The notes beneath the pieces were generated by a model, which saw only the letters and a list, made by a program, of their open reading frames with translations, made no database searches and was not told where the DNA came from. The position numbers and the translations under genes are program-made. This document shows, in pieces, positions 18,587 to 28,051 of a stretch of 62,264 nt of DNA; positions within the stretch are counted from its first letter, which is position 1, and each line of letters opens with the position of its first letter. The stretch covers positions 1 to 62,264 of IMG/VR virus record IMGVR_UViG_3300050011_000078. The stretch is one strand, 5' to 3'. This stretch comes from a virus. Taxonomy: Duplodnaviria > Caudoviricetes.

Positions 18587-19343
18587 TCGCGTTTTCGATC
18601 GCGTCAAACCGACTTCGGCCAAGAGCGAGTACTTAAAAGCGCGCAAGGTCGAGGCGCTCTATGGGACGCAACTTCGTAAAATCGCGCGGCATATCGGAGA
18701 TTTGGTCAAGGGCTTCAATCCCCTCAGCCACACCGACATGCTGATCCTTCAATCGGCGCTGCGTCGATATGGCCTGGCAATTGAGCCTTGGGCGCGATCG
18801 ACGGCCTGGCGCATGATTACCGAGGTCGCCGCGCGCGACAAGCTGGCATGGCGCCGCGTCTCCGCGCAGATGGGCGTTGCTCTAAAGCAAGAAATCGAAA
18901 CCGCCCCGACAGGGCAGGCCATGCGGCAGTTGCTCGACGATCAGGTCATGCTGATCACATCACTGCCGATCGAGGCCGCCCAACGCGTTCATGAGTTGGC
19001 GTTGCAGGGGATCACGGAAGGTTCCCGCGGGGGCGACATCGTCGCAGAAATTATGCGCACCGGCGAAGTGACGAAAAGCCGGGCGGTCACGATCGCGCGC
19101 ACGGAAACGGCGCGCACGGCATCGGTCCTGACTCAGGTTAGAGCCGTGCATATCGGGTCGACCCACTACACTTGGAGCACTGTTGGCGATTCCGACGTAA
19201 GACCCGACCACAAGGCACTGAATGGCGGCGTGTTTGCCTGGAACGATCCGCCGATAGCCGATACCAGAACGGGCGCGCGAGCGAATCCGGGATGCATTTA
19301 CAACTGCCGTTGCATCGCCCTGCCGATCATTCCGGCCGATTGA
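18546..19343 (+). CDS. head morphogenesis protein (SPP1 gp7/Mu F-like)
   Basis: IARTET..Y.WST.GD..VRPDH..PG..YNCRC. Confidence 0.9.
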   Translation: MLERPSSKSPSPLDRVFDRVKPTSAKSEYLKARKVEALYGTQLRKIARHIGDLVKGFNPLSHTDMLILQSALRRYGLAIEPWARSTAWRMITEVAARDKLAWRRVSAQMGVALKQEIETAPTGQAMRQLLDDQVMLITSLPIEAAQRVHELALQGITEGSRGGDIVAEIMRTGEVTKSRAVTIARTETARTASVLTQVRAVHIGSTHYTWSTVGDSDVRPDHKALNGGVFAWNDPPIADTRTGARANPGCIYNCRCIALPIIPAD

Positions 19344-19597
19344 TTTCGTGCCATGTTCTTCACATCGACGAAAGTTTGAATTGACGATCGCGTCTACGCT
19401 GCTGCCCTTATCAAGCGGCCATCGACAGAGCACCTCGTCGCCTTCAGCATATGGCTTTTCATCCAAGCCGAATGGAAATTCCAAGGGCGCTTCTATCTTG
19501 GGCGCCAATACATCGGTCACTTTGATTGAGTGCGTAATTTTCAACACTTCCTCTTTCTCTTCCTGCAAACATTATACGCGCCCAACACGCGATTGAA

Positions 19598-20195
19598 TAG
19601 AGCCGCCGCAGCGTTACAGCGCGTTGACGGCTCTAGCCAAGTTCAAGTTAGTCCCAACGCATGGCCATGTCGGAAGGGGGCGCTGCCACGCCTCCGTAAC
19701 CGCCAAGGGGTTGTTGCGTCCCACAACGCACGCCCGGACGGAAAGCGCTGACACGCTTATCTTGTCCGAGCTGGTGCTGAGATAATTTGGGACTGCCCCG
19801 TCGCACCGAAGCGAAAACGGGAAGTTTGGTCTCCGCTGCCTTTGCCGCCACATACGCGGCATAGTCAGCGAAGGAGTTGCGTCCCACAACGCACGCCCGG
19901 ACGGAAAGCGCTGACACGCTTATCTTGTCCGAGCTGGTGCTGAGATAATTTGGGACTGCCCCGTCGCACCGAAGCGAAAACGGGAAGTTTGGTCTCCGCT
20001 GCCTTTGCCGCCACATACGCGGCATAGTCAGCGAAGGATTTCAGGCTCCTTATCTGCATGACACTTCCTTTCCGGAAAACGCCTTCCCTACTCAGGAAGG
20101 GCACTATCGTAAACGATAGTGAGCCAGAAATAGTTCCGCAAGGTTCGGGATATACCTACGCCGCGTTCGGCCATGCCGATCATTGCGGCTAAATG
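19598..20195 (+). ncRNA. candidate large structured non-coding RNA
   Basis: No credible ORF; many hairpins and long-range complementary segments; strand is inferred. Confidence 0.5.
19713..20038. repeat. exact 163-bp tandem duplication (19713-19875, 19876-20038)
   Basis: Two identical adjacent copies read directly from the sequence. Confidence 0.95.
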
Positions 20196-20217
20196 ACGAT
20201 TTTTTGGAGATAGCCAA

Positions 20218-20628
20218 ATGACGCTTCCCGCTTATATCAACAAGGGGCTAACCGCTTCTGCCATCGGCAGTTTCTCGAAACTCAACGCCTTGGTCTCGCT
20301 AACGCTTGGCGTTTCGACAGGCCTGACGGCGTCCACGACGCATACCCGCGCGGGCGCGCTTGCCCTCACGGAGGTCGTCAACAACTTGGGCACCGTCGCC
20401 GGTTCCGGTGACGCTGTTGGCCTTCCCGCGGCGGTTGCCGGCGCCGTCGTCATCGTCTTCAACGGCGGCGCGAACCCGGCGGCGGTTTTCCCGGCAGCGT
20501 CCGCAGACACGATCGATGGCGGATCCGCTGGGGCGTCGGTGACCCTCACCAACGCCAAACGCGCCATGTTCGTTTGCGTCGCGACGGGAATATGGATTTC
20601 CGCGCAGCTCGGCGTTGTGAGCGCCTGA
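20218..20628 (+). CDS. putative virion structural/decoration protein
   Basis: Ala/Gly/Thr-rich beta protein, GGAG RBS. Confidence 0.65.
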   Translation: MTLPAYINKGLTASAIGSFSKLNALVSLTLGVSTGLTASTTHTRAGALALTEVVNNLGTVAGSGDAVGLPAAVAGAVVIVFNGGANPAAVFPAASADTIDGGSAGASVTLTNAKRAMFVCVATGIWISAQLGVVSA

Positions 20629-20629
20629 T

Positions 20630-21055
20630 ATGCTCCTCGCTTCGCTTGCCATCACAACGGCGACAGCCGCCGTCGCTGGGACAGTTGCGCTCGCCAAGGG
20701 GGGCGCGCCGTCCAATCTGACGATCCAGGGCAATTTCGTCTATGGCAGCGGCGGAACGAGCGCCGACGCATGGGTGCAAACCAGCCTCGACGGCGGCGTG
20801 ACATGGGCGGACATCGCCAACTTCCATTTCACGACGGCGAGCGCCCGATTCATCTACAATCTGTCCGCGCTGACGCCAAAAACAACTGAGGTGACGCCGA
20901 CTGATGGGACGTTGGCGGCGAACACGTCCGTCGACGGCGTCATCGGGCCGATGTTCCGCGTCAAATCAACGACTGTCGGCACCTATGCGGCATCAACGAC
21001 GCTGCGCGTGGACATCAACGCGGGCGGCGTCTCGGCGCCAGTAGCCGTTCAATGA
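20630..21055 (+). CDS. putative virion structural protein
   Basis: VQTSLDGGVTW.DIA (Asp-box-like). Confidence 0.65.
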   Translation: MLLASLAITTATAAVAGTVALAKGGAPSNLTIQGNFVYGSGGTSADAWVQTSLDGGVTWADIANFHFTTASARFIYNLSALTPKTTEVTPTDGTLAANTSVDGVIGPMFRVKSTTVGTYAASTTLRVDINAGGVSAPVAVQ

Positions 21056-21266
21056 GCATGTCAACCGTGACGGCTCCCCACTTCCAGAAGATACGGAGGA
21101 TATGAAATGCATCACTGGATAGGCGCTGGATTGATGATCGTTGGCGCTGGGGCTGCGGCGATCGTATTCACCCTCAACTCACAGACCCCGATTCAACTTG
21201 GGCCGGTTCCGTTCTTCGGATCATGCGCCTTGATCTTCGTCGGCATCCTCGTGTGGGCATGGTAAC

Positions 21267-22586
21267 ATGAGCATGGTTCTTGACCGGCTGGCGGCGACGC
21301 TGGCGGTCGACCAGATCGGGCGCAATCAAAGCATAACCCCGGAGGGGTTTTTGCTGTGCTCGGACGTGCGCATCGCGCGCACCGGCCCGATGATGTATGC
21401 CGACTACGAAATGCCGGATATCCCGCCAGAGCCGGGCCGGCACATGGTGACTATCGATCGCACGGCGGATGTGCTGTTCCATCCAGACGCTATTTTGTCG
21501 TTCGCCGGAAAGCCGGTCACGAATGACCACCCCTCGAAATTCGTTACGCCATCGACTTGGCGCCAGGACAGCATCGGCGTCGTGCTCAACCCGCGCCGCG
21601 GCGAAGGCATCGACGCCGATTATATGATCGCCGACTTGCTGATTACCCATCAGGACGCCATCGACGACGTCAGGGCCGGCAAGCGGGAAGTCTCGTGCGG
21701 CTATGACGCCAAACGCGAAGCGGTAAGGCCAGGGCTTGGGCGTCAAGTCAGTGTTGTAGGAAATCACGTCGCGCTCGTGGATCGTGGCCGCTGTGGCCCG
21801 TCTTGCGCGATTACAGATTCAGAAAAAGGAATTATCGATATGGTAAAGCGCAGTGCCTGGGATCGCGTTCGTGACTTCATGAAGGCCGGCAAAATAACCG
21901 ACGCCGAGGAAGAACTCCAGAAGCTGGAGGACGCCGACGGCGATGACGACAGCGACGACAAGAAGGAAAAGAAGGAAACCGAGGATGCGATCAAGCGCAT
22001 CGTCGACGCCGCTCTTCGCCCGATTGCCGACAAGCTCGGCACCCTCGATACGGCCGTGACAAAGATCGTCAAGGACGCCGAGAAGGACGACGAAGAGGAA
22101 GAGAAGAAGAAGGCCGAGGACAAGCGCCTTAAGGACGCCGAGGCCGAGGAGGAAAAGAAAAAGCAGGAAGACGCGGCCCGCAAGGTCACCGATTCCGCGC
22201 CTCTCGCCTCCGCGTTCAACGACACGCTGTCGCGCGCTGAAATCCTCTTCCCCGGCATTACGTTCCCGGTGTTCGACGCCAAGGCCAAGAGCACCGCGAC
22301 CAATGATGCTATGTGCGCGTTGCGCGTGCAGGCGCTTGACAAGGCGTTCAGCGACCCGGCTCGCCGCAAGCATGTTCTTGCTGTGCTCGGTGGCAAGGCG
22401 CCGGAGTTCTCGAAAATGACCTGCGACGCCGCGGAAGTGGTGTTTACGGCCGCTTCGGAATTGGCGCGCGCCGCGCAAGTCGCCGATACGGCTGGCGATC
22501 GCAGCAACCGCCGCGACCCCGCGGCCGGCCCGATGACGGCCGCGAAGATGCAGGCGCGCATCGAGGCATTCCGCAAGAAGGCTTAA
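21267..22586 (+). CDS. DUF2213 prohead protease/scaffold
   Basis: TPEGFLLC.DV.IARTG; GKPVTNDHP; SCGYD; NHVALVDRGRCG; charged coiled-coil C-terminus. Confidence 0.9.
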   Translation: MSMVLDRLAATLAVDQIGRNQSITPEGFLLCSDVRIARTGPMMYADYEMPDIPPEPGRHMVTIDRTADVLFHPDAILSFAGKPVTNDHPSKFVTPSTWRQDSIGVVLNPRRGEGIDADYMIADLLITHQDAIDDVRAGKREVSCGYDAKREAVRPGLGRQVSVVGNHVALVDRGRCGPSCAITDSEKGIIDMVKRSAWDRVRDFMKAGKITDAEEELQKLEDADGDDDSDDKKEKKETEDAIKRIVDAALRPIADKLGTLDTAVTKIVKDAEKDDEEEEKKKAEDKRLKDAEAEEEKKKQEDAARKVTDSAPLASAFNDTLSRAEILFPGITFPVFDAKAKSTATNDAMCALRVQALDKAFSDPARRKHVLAVLGGKAPEFSKMTCDAAEVVFTAASELARAAQVADTAGDRSNRRDPAAGPMTAAKMQARIEAFRKKA

Positions 22587-22647
22587 TCAATCCTTGCAAT
22601 TCGGCCCGCCGTGACGGCGGCCCGCACCCTTTGATGGAGAAACTATC

Positions 22648-23142
22648 ATGACTGCAATTCTGAGCCGTGCGCCGACCGGGTTTGCCGGCGGCGTGTCGCG
22701 CGCCACTGAGGGGCGCGTTATTTCCCAGGAACTCATCTACGCCACGACGCCGCCCACGCTTTATGGGCAGTTCCTGAAATACAATGGCAATGCCGTGACG
22801 CCGCTGGCTTCCGGCGATGCTGCGACTGCGTTCGCGGGCATCGCCGTGCGATCCTACCCCGTCCAGTCGACGACCAACGCCTTCGGCGCTGCCGTTCCCC
22901 CGACGACCGGCTTTATCGACATGCTGCGTAGCGGCTTTGTCACGCTGATCCTCGCGCTGGGAACCGCCGCCAAGGGCGGCGCGGTCTATGTCGTGACCAC
23001 GGCCGGCGGCACGGTGAACGTCGGTGACGTCGTCACATCGTCTTCCCCAGCTGGCGGTGGCACTGGCGTTTTGATTGTCGGCTGCAACTTCGAAGGCCCT
23101 GCCGGCGCCGATGGCATCGTCGAGGTTTCCCTCGCTCTGTAA
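22648..23142 (+). CDS. capsid cement/decoration protein
   Basis: Lies between protease and major capsid gene; G.AG.VSR..G.AVRSYP..LRSG. Confidence 0.75.
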   Translation: MTAILSRAPTGFAGGVSRATEGRVISQELIYATTPPTLYGQFLKYNGNAVTPLASGDAATAFAGIAVRSYPVQSTTNAFGAAVPPTTGFIDMLRSGFVTLILALGTAAKGGAVYVVTTAGGTVNVGDVVTSSSPAGGGTGVLIVGCNFEGPAGADGIVEVSLAL

Positions 23143-23147
23143 TAGAT

Positions 23148-23170
23148 AGGGGGGGCTTCACGCCCCCCTT
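23148..23170 (+). terminator. GC-rich hairpin (terminator or mRNA stabiliser)
   Basis: AGGGGGGGC-TTCAC-GCCCCCCTT. Confidence 0.45.
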
Positions 23171-23257
23171 GACGCCCATTTTTCTCGCTTGGGCAACGGT
23201 CAATCGGTCAATCGCCCGTCGTGACGACGCGCGCATCCCCCTGATGGAGTCCACAAA

Positions 23258-24310
23258 ATGTTTCACTTCCGCGACACCCTCGCGGGGAGCACGGCTATTG
23301 CTCGCGCCCCTGCGCTTAATTCGGCTCGCTATGTCCGCGACGCCTTCACCACGTTCGACCGGGCGACTTACGACAGCGCTGGCGCGTTCCTGATCGGCGA
23401 GCTCGAACGCCTCGACCCCATGATCCACGAGCCCCTGATTTCTATCCAGTGGCCGCGTGATATCGATCTGCGCACCGACGTCCAGATGGGCGACACCACG
23501 TCCAGCTACACGCTTTCATCGTTCGCGATGGCCGGCGGCGCCACCCCAGGCGGCCTCAACTACGCCAGCGCGGAAACCACGACAATCCCGCGCGCGCAGC
23601 TTGACATTTCGAAGACCGTCAATCCGCTGAACCTCTTCGCTTACGAGATAGCCTATACGCTGCCCGAGCTGGAGTCTGCTCGCCTCACCGGGCGCCCGAT
23701 CGACGTTCAGATGCTGTCCGCGATGAATCGCAAGCATCAGATGGACATTGACCAGAGCGTTTATGTCGGCGACTCCACGATCAACACCACGGGCCTGCTC
23801 AACAACGCCGCCGTTTCGAACGTTTCGAACGTCGCCGCCGGCGCCGGCGGCCTGATGCAGTTCGTCAACAAGAGCGCCGACGAAATCCGCGCGGACGTCA
23901 ACCAGTTGATTGTGTCCGTGTGGGCAGCGACGGGTTATGCGGCTCCTCCGACCAAAATCCTGATGGCGCCTGGCCCGTTCGGCTATATCTCGACGACGAT
24001 CGCGTCGAGCGCCGCCAACACGACCATTCTCCGGTTCCTTGAGGAAAATAACATCCTCACCGCGGAGACGGGCCAGAAGCTCGAAATCAAGTCGAGCAAG
24101 TGGCTGGACAAGGCTCTCCTGACGGGGACCTACGACCGCATGGTCGCCTATAGCCAGCGCGCCGATTACGTCCGCTTCCCGATGGTCCCGCTGATTCCGG
24201 TTCAGCCGCAATATTCCGGCATCTGGATCAAAGTGCCGTATTTCGGGCGCGTCGGCGTCATCGAAACCGTATACCCCGAGACCCTAGGTTACCGCGACGG
24301 TATTGGGTAA
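23258..24310 (+). CDS. major capsid protein (DUF2184 type)
   Basis: AFLIGELERLD..EPL....W.RDI; YPET..YRDGI. Confidence 0.9.
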   Translation: MFHFRDTLAGSTAIARAPALNSARYVRDAFTTFDRATYDSAGAFLIGELERLDPMIHEPLISIQWPRDIDLRTDVQMGDTTSSYTLSSFAMAGGATPGGLNYASAETTTIPRAQLDISKTVNPLNLFAYEIAYTLPELESARLTGRPIDVQMLSAMNRKHQMDIDQSVYVGDSTINTTGLLNNAAVSNVSNVAAGAGGLMQFVNKSADEIRADVNQLIVSVWAATGYAAPPTKILMAPGPFGYISTTIASSAANTTILRFLEENNILTAETGQKLEIKSSKWLDKALLTGTYDRMVAYSQRADYVRFPMVPLIPVQPQYSGIWIKVPYFGRVGVIETVYPETLGYRDGIG

Positions 24311-24387
24311 ATAAAACAAAGGCTTAAGATATCCTTATTGCAATAATTCTGAAACAGTCTTATATAGATTGTCTCAGGAGGTTGCCA

Positions 24388-24840
24388 ATGGACGAAGAGC
24401 ACAAGGCAAAGATTCGCGCGGCGCATTTGGGCAAGAAAAAGCCTTGGGTCGCCGCGCGAAACCGGTCGCAAGAAGTGCGGATGAGACCAAAGCCAAGATC
24501 AGCGCCGCTGCGCTCGCGCGGCCAGACCTCGGCCAAGCATCCGCTAGGACCGCTGGTCAACCTGACCGAAGGGGGCGAAGGCTTGACCGATCCGTCGCCC
24601 GAGGTTCGGGCGCAAATTTCTAGCAAGGTGAGCCTCAGCCTAAAGGGCAATCAGCGCCGCAAGGGAAAACTGCACGACGACGCCACGAAGGCATTGATCG
24701 GGAAGAAGAGCCTTGGCAGGACGCATACCCCGGAAGCCAAGGCGAAAATCGGAGCGTCCTTTAAGGGGCGCCCACTTTCAGACGAGCATCGCGCCAAGCT
24801 CAAAGAGGCATGGCGACGGCGCCGGGATGGCATCGGCTGA
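24388..24840 (+). CDS. NUMOD3-repeat homing endonuclease remnant (no catalytic domain)
   Basis: PLVNLTEGGEG plus NUMOD3 repeats (GRTHTPEAKAKIG, LSDEHRAKL); own TTGCAA-17-TATATA promoter and AGGAGG. Confidence 0.75.
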   Translation: MDEEHKAKIRAAHLGKKKPWVAARNRSQEVRMRPKPRSAPLRSRGQTSAKHPLGPLVNLTEGGEGLTDPSPEVRAQISSKVSLSLKGNQRRKGKLHDDATKALIGKKSLGRTHTPEAKAKIGASFKGRPLSDEHRAKLKEAWRRRRDGIG

Positions 24841-24846
24841 TTCCAC

Positions 24847-24872
24847 AACGAGGCGGCTTCGGCCGCCCCGTT
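24847..24872 (+). terminator. UUCG hairpin, likely the original post-capsid terminator
   Basis: GGCGGC-TTCG-GCCGCC. Confidence 0.55.
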
Positions 24873-24926
24873 AGCGCGCGTTGACGCTAACAGGCCGTCA
24901 ACGCGCGTCTACCAAAGGAAGACCTC

Positions 24927-25454
24927 ATGCTGTATTCCATCAGCGTTCCGAAGGACGTCAATATTCTGGCGAGCTACGGTGCTGAGCCCCGCAAATTCAA
25001 AGCGGGCGTTCATCATGGCGTCCCGTCAGAATATGCGCTCCATCCTTATGCTGTGGCTTGCGGCGTGAAGGTTCTGGATACCGAAGACGCTGCGCCTTTT
25101 GCCCAAAAGAGCGATGCTGAGATTATGGAAGACGTCAAGGCCGGCGCTGTTGCGCTTGGCTATGTGCATGCGTTCCCCGCCGCCGCCGAGGCCGCGATCG
25201 CTGCGCAGGCCAAGATTGACTTCGCTTACGAGGTGAAAGGGTTAGAGTTATTTGGCGATGACGACCCCGACGCCGATCGAGAGATGGGCGACGAAGATGC
25301 CAGTTATAAAGTCTCGCCATTCACCGAGCTCGCCGCGAAGGGCGAAACCAAAGACGAATTGATCGCGCAGGCCGCAGAGCTTGGCCTGACCGTCGATAAG
25401 CGCTGGGGCCTCGCCAAGCTCCATGCGGCCATTGACGCCGCGCTGGCGGCTTGA
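24927..25454 (+). CDS. hypothetical head-associated protein with C-terminal HeH/LEM-like motif
   Basis: KDELIAQAAELGLTVDKRWGLAKL. Confidence 0.65.
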   Translation: MLYSISVPKDVNILASYGAEPRKFKAGVHHGVPSEYALHPYAVACGVKVLDTEDAAPFAQKSDAEIMEDVKAGAVALGYVHAFPAAAEAAIAAQAKIDFAYEVKGLELFGDDDPDADREMGDEDASYKVSPFTELAAKGETKDELIAQAAELGLTVDKRWGLAKLHAAIDAALAA

Positions 25455-25455
25455 C

Positions 25456-25851
25456 ATGACCGTTACGGTGACATCGTTTCGCGATGGCTTCCCTGCCTTT
25501 GCCAATACGGCAACATTCCCGGACTCCGCGGTTAATTTCTGGATCGCCGTCGCGGGAAACATGCTAGATCCCAACCAATGGGGGGCAATGGCCGATACGG
25601 GATCGTCGCTGTTCATCGCGCACAATCTCGTTCTCGACGCACAAGCGAATGCCTCGGCCGCGACACCCGCCGGGGTTCCGAACGGGCCGGCGGGGGCATT
25701 GGCCTCTAAGAGCGTCAGCGGCGTTTCAGCGTCCTATGACATGGAGAGCAGCACCATAAAGGGCGGCGGCGATTTCAATCTCACGGCCTATGGCAAGCGC
25801 TATCTCAGCCTAGCCGAAATGTTCGGCGCGGGCGGATTTCAAATCTGCTAG
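25456..25851 (+). CDS. DUF4054 head-tail connector
   Basis: FR..FPAF..LFIAHNL..SKSV.GVS.SYD..T.YG.RY. Confidence 0.85.
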   Translation: MTVTVTSFRDGFPAFANTATFPDSAVNFWIAVAGNMLDPNQWGAMADTGSSLFIAHNLVLDAQANASAATPAGVPNGPAGALASKSVSGVSASYDMESSTIKGGGDFNLTAYGKRYLSLAEMFGAGGFQIC

Positions 25852-25868
25852 GCCCTATGAGAACATCG

Positions 25869-26162
25869 CTACGGTTTGAGCGCCTTACGGGAACGTGATG
25901 GATTGACCATCGCGTTAAGAGAACCATGCTTCACCAGCGTCCATTGCTGCGGATCAATCACGACGTTGGCGATCTTTATAGGATCGGCGGCGCCTTCCGC
26001 GATCTTCTTTAGCGCCTCATAGAACGCCTCGATCATGTCGGCGGCCTCCCATGCAGGCATATCTTTGACGTCGCTGGCGTCTGGGAAAACATAGGCCAGC
26101 TCCTCGCGCGCTTCCTCGCGAAGCAATTCGATGAGTTCGTCCGGGTTCCATTTCGGCAGCAT
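25869..26162 (-). CDS. moron-like hypothetical protein
   Basis: MLPKWNPDELIELLREEAR.. protein-like ORF opposite to the late operon. Confidence 0.5.
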   Translation of the reverse strand: MLPKWNPDELIELLREEAREELAYVFPDASDVKDMPAWEAADMIEAFYEALKKIAEGAADPIKIANVVIDPQQWTLVKHGSLNAMVNPSRSRKALKP

Positions 26163-26198
26163 CCAGCCAATCCTTAGCCACAATCGAAGGCGACGTAA

Positions 26199-26399
26199 AT
26201 GCGTTGCACCTATTGCGGATCGAGCCTGCATCCGACCAACTACTGCCCGGCGACGGCAGCCGGGCAGGGCAGACGCTTGCATCTTCGCTGCTCGTATTGT
26301 GGCAAGGGCGATCACAATCTTGAGGCATGCACGCGTAGCTCGACGATCCAATGGACCGGCCGCGGAGTGCGACTCCTCGACAAACGACAGATTCCCTAA
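26199..26399 (+). CDS. double CCHC zinc-knuckle protein
   Basis: CTYCGSSLHPTNYC and CSYCGKGDHNLEAC, both CX2CX4HX4C. Confidence 0.7.
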   Translation: MRCTYCGSSLHPTNYCPATAAGQGRRLHLRCSYCGKGDHNLEACTRSSTIQWTGRGVRLLDKRQIP

Positions 26400-26504
26400 A
26401 ACCCGCTTAGGCAACGGACCCGCGAACGTCGGATGACGTGCGCAATCCCCCTCGATGGAGCCCCCTAACAAAATGCCCCCGGAAGACTGACGGAGCACAC
26501 ACCC

Positions 26505-27095
26505 GTGAACGACCTCACCGATATGGCTGATGCGAAGATATTGCAGGCGTTGCAGGCGGTTCACGACGCATTCGCCAAGGCCATCAAGGGCGATCCGCGC
26601 CTTGTCGATCAATCGGCGAAGAAGGTCGGGCACATCAAGAGCGGAACATCCACGATCCGGGACTATTGCGAATTCCTCGCGTGGTTGGTTGGTCGCCAAG
26701 AGGACGTCATTTCCAACGCGGCCGCCGACTGCGGCAAGCTCGCGGAGCGGCTTAACACCTGCTCCTATATCGCACTCTCATTCCCGCGTGACGCCATGCG
26801 CCGCGCGGACGCTGTCAGAGCGGAAGCAAAAACTGTCTGCGCGCGCAAGTCCTTTGTTGGTCCGCTGGTGGGCGCCCATGCGAAGGGCGCCGACGAAGAG
26901 GATTTTTACGCCGTTTTCGGCTGTCACCTGTCCCTCTCGGCCCTGGCCGATCAACGATTGCGCTCGCCCGACGATCATGTCGTCGCGGCTCGCAAGCCAT
27001 TCCCGCGCCATCGCTTCGCAAGCATCATCGCCTGCAACGCTCATCTTGGCGACCTGCGCCTCGCGCACGCGCCGCTCGAATCCCTTTCAGCCTAA
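26505..27095 (+). CDS. hypothetical protein
   Basis: GGAG RBS, GTG start. Confidence 0.5.
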   Translation: MNDLTDMADAKILQALQAVHDAFAKAIKGDPRLVDQSAKKVGHIKSGTSTIRDYCEFLAWLVGRQEDVISNAAADCGKLAERLNTCSYIALSFPRDAMRRADAVRAEAKTVCARKSFVGPLVGAHAKGADEEDFYAVFGCHLSLSALADQRLRSPDDHVVAARKPFPRHRFASIIACNAHLGDLRLAHAPLESLSA

Positions 27096-27108
27096 GAGGG
27101 CAACACCC

Positions 27109-28047
27109 ATGTTCAATCTTCGTAGCAAATTGCTTGCTGGCGGCTTCGCCGCATCCGTTCTGTTGGCCGGCGCTGGCGATTACGGCGCCGAAGCCTTCCT
27201 GAATTGGATGGGCGGGAATCAGGCCATGCCGGTTCTTGCCTCGCGCTTCCTCGCCTTGTTCACCACGGCGCCGACCAGCGACGCAGGCACGGGCGGCACG
27301 GAATGTTCCGGCAACGGCTACGCTCGCATTCAGGTAGCGGGCGCGCTGGCCGCGACCGCGACGTGGACCACAGCCACGCCCAATATCACCATGACCACCA
27401 ATCCAGGCTGGATTGTGGCTGGGATGAACGTCTATGACGCGACGAACAGCTTCCAAATTGGCACCGTCTCGACATTTTCAGGCACCGCGCTCGTTCTGAC
27501 CGCGAACGCGTCTCACGCCTCGAGCGGCTCGACCGACTCGCTGATATTCAGCGCTTTCCCGGCGGCGGCCGCCTCGTCCGGCACCGAGCCGACCGTTGCG
27601 CCTTCCGCGATCTCGAACGCCTCGATCGTCACCTATCCGGCGGCGACCGGCGGCGGCGCTGGCTTTGGCACCGTGGTTGCCTTCGGCCTCTATGACGCAC
27701 TGACGGCCGGCAACTTCATTGCCTGGGACTATCTCGGCGGCCAGAAGTGGTTGCCATTCACATGCACCCTCGCCTCGCCTGGCGTGCTTACCGCTCCGGC
27801 GAGCAGCTTCGCCACGAGCTCGCAAGTTGTCGTCACCACGAAGGACGGCGGCGGCGCTCTGCCCACAACGGGCGGCTCCTGGACCGGGCTTCTCACCGTC
27901 ACCAATATCTCGGCCGATACCTTCTCCGTGGCCGTCAACACGACCAGCACGGGCGAGGGCGAGGTCCGGCAGGTCACGACGCAGGCTATTCCCTCCGGCG
28001 TTGTGGCGAGCTTCGCCGCCGCCACGATGACCATAACGGCCGCCTAA
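27109..28047 (+). CDS. virion structural protein (fibre/collar-like)
   Basis: LALFTTAP.DAGTGGTE.SG.GYAR..; FGLYDA.T.GN motif. Confidence 0.75.
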   Translation: MFNLRSKLLAGGFAASVLLAGAGDYGAEAFLNWMGGNQAMPVLASRFLALFTTAPTSDAGTGGTECSGNGYARIQVAGALAATATWTTATPNITMTTNPGWIVAGMNVYDATNSFQIGTVSTFSGTALVLTANASHASSGSTDSLIFSAFPAAAASSGTEPTVAPSAISNASIVTYPAATGGGAGFGTVVAFGLYDALTAGNFIAWDYLGGQKWLPFTCTLASPGVLTAPASSFATSSQVVVTTKDGGGALPTTGGSWTGLLTVTNISADTFSVAVNTTSTGEGEVRQVTTQAIPSGVVASFAAATMTITAA

Positions 28048-28051
28048 CCCA

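Noticed and set aside
19614-20104. Minus-strand ORFs in the duplicated region
   Set aside because: They arise from the repeat, lack an RBS and protein-like composition, and the repeat period is not a multiple of 3.
19598-20195. Group I or II intron, tmRNA or RNase P
   Set aside because: Hallmark motifs were not found and the flanking genes are uninterrupted.
21764-22576. Long antisense ORFs (also 17924-18646, 29825-30580, 55673-56554)
   Set aside because: Shadow ORFs of high-GC genes that have clear functions on the opposite strand.
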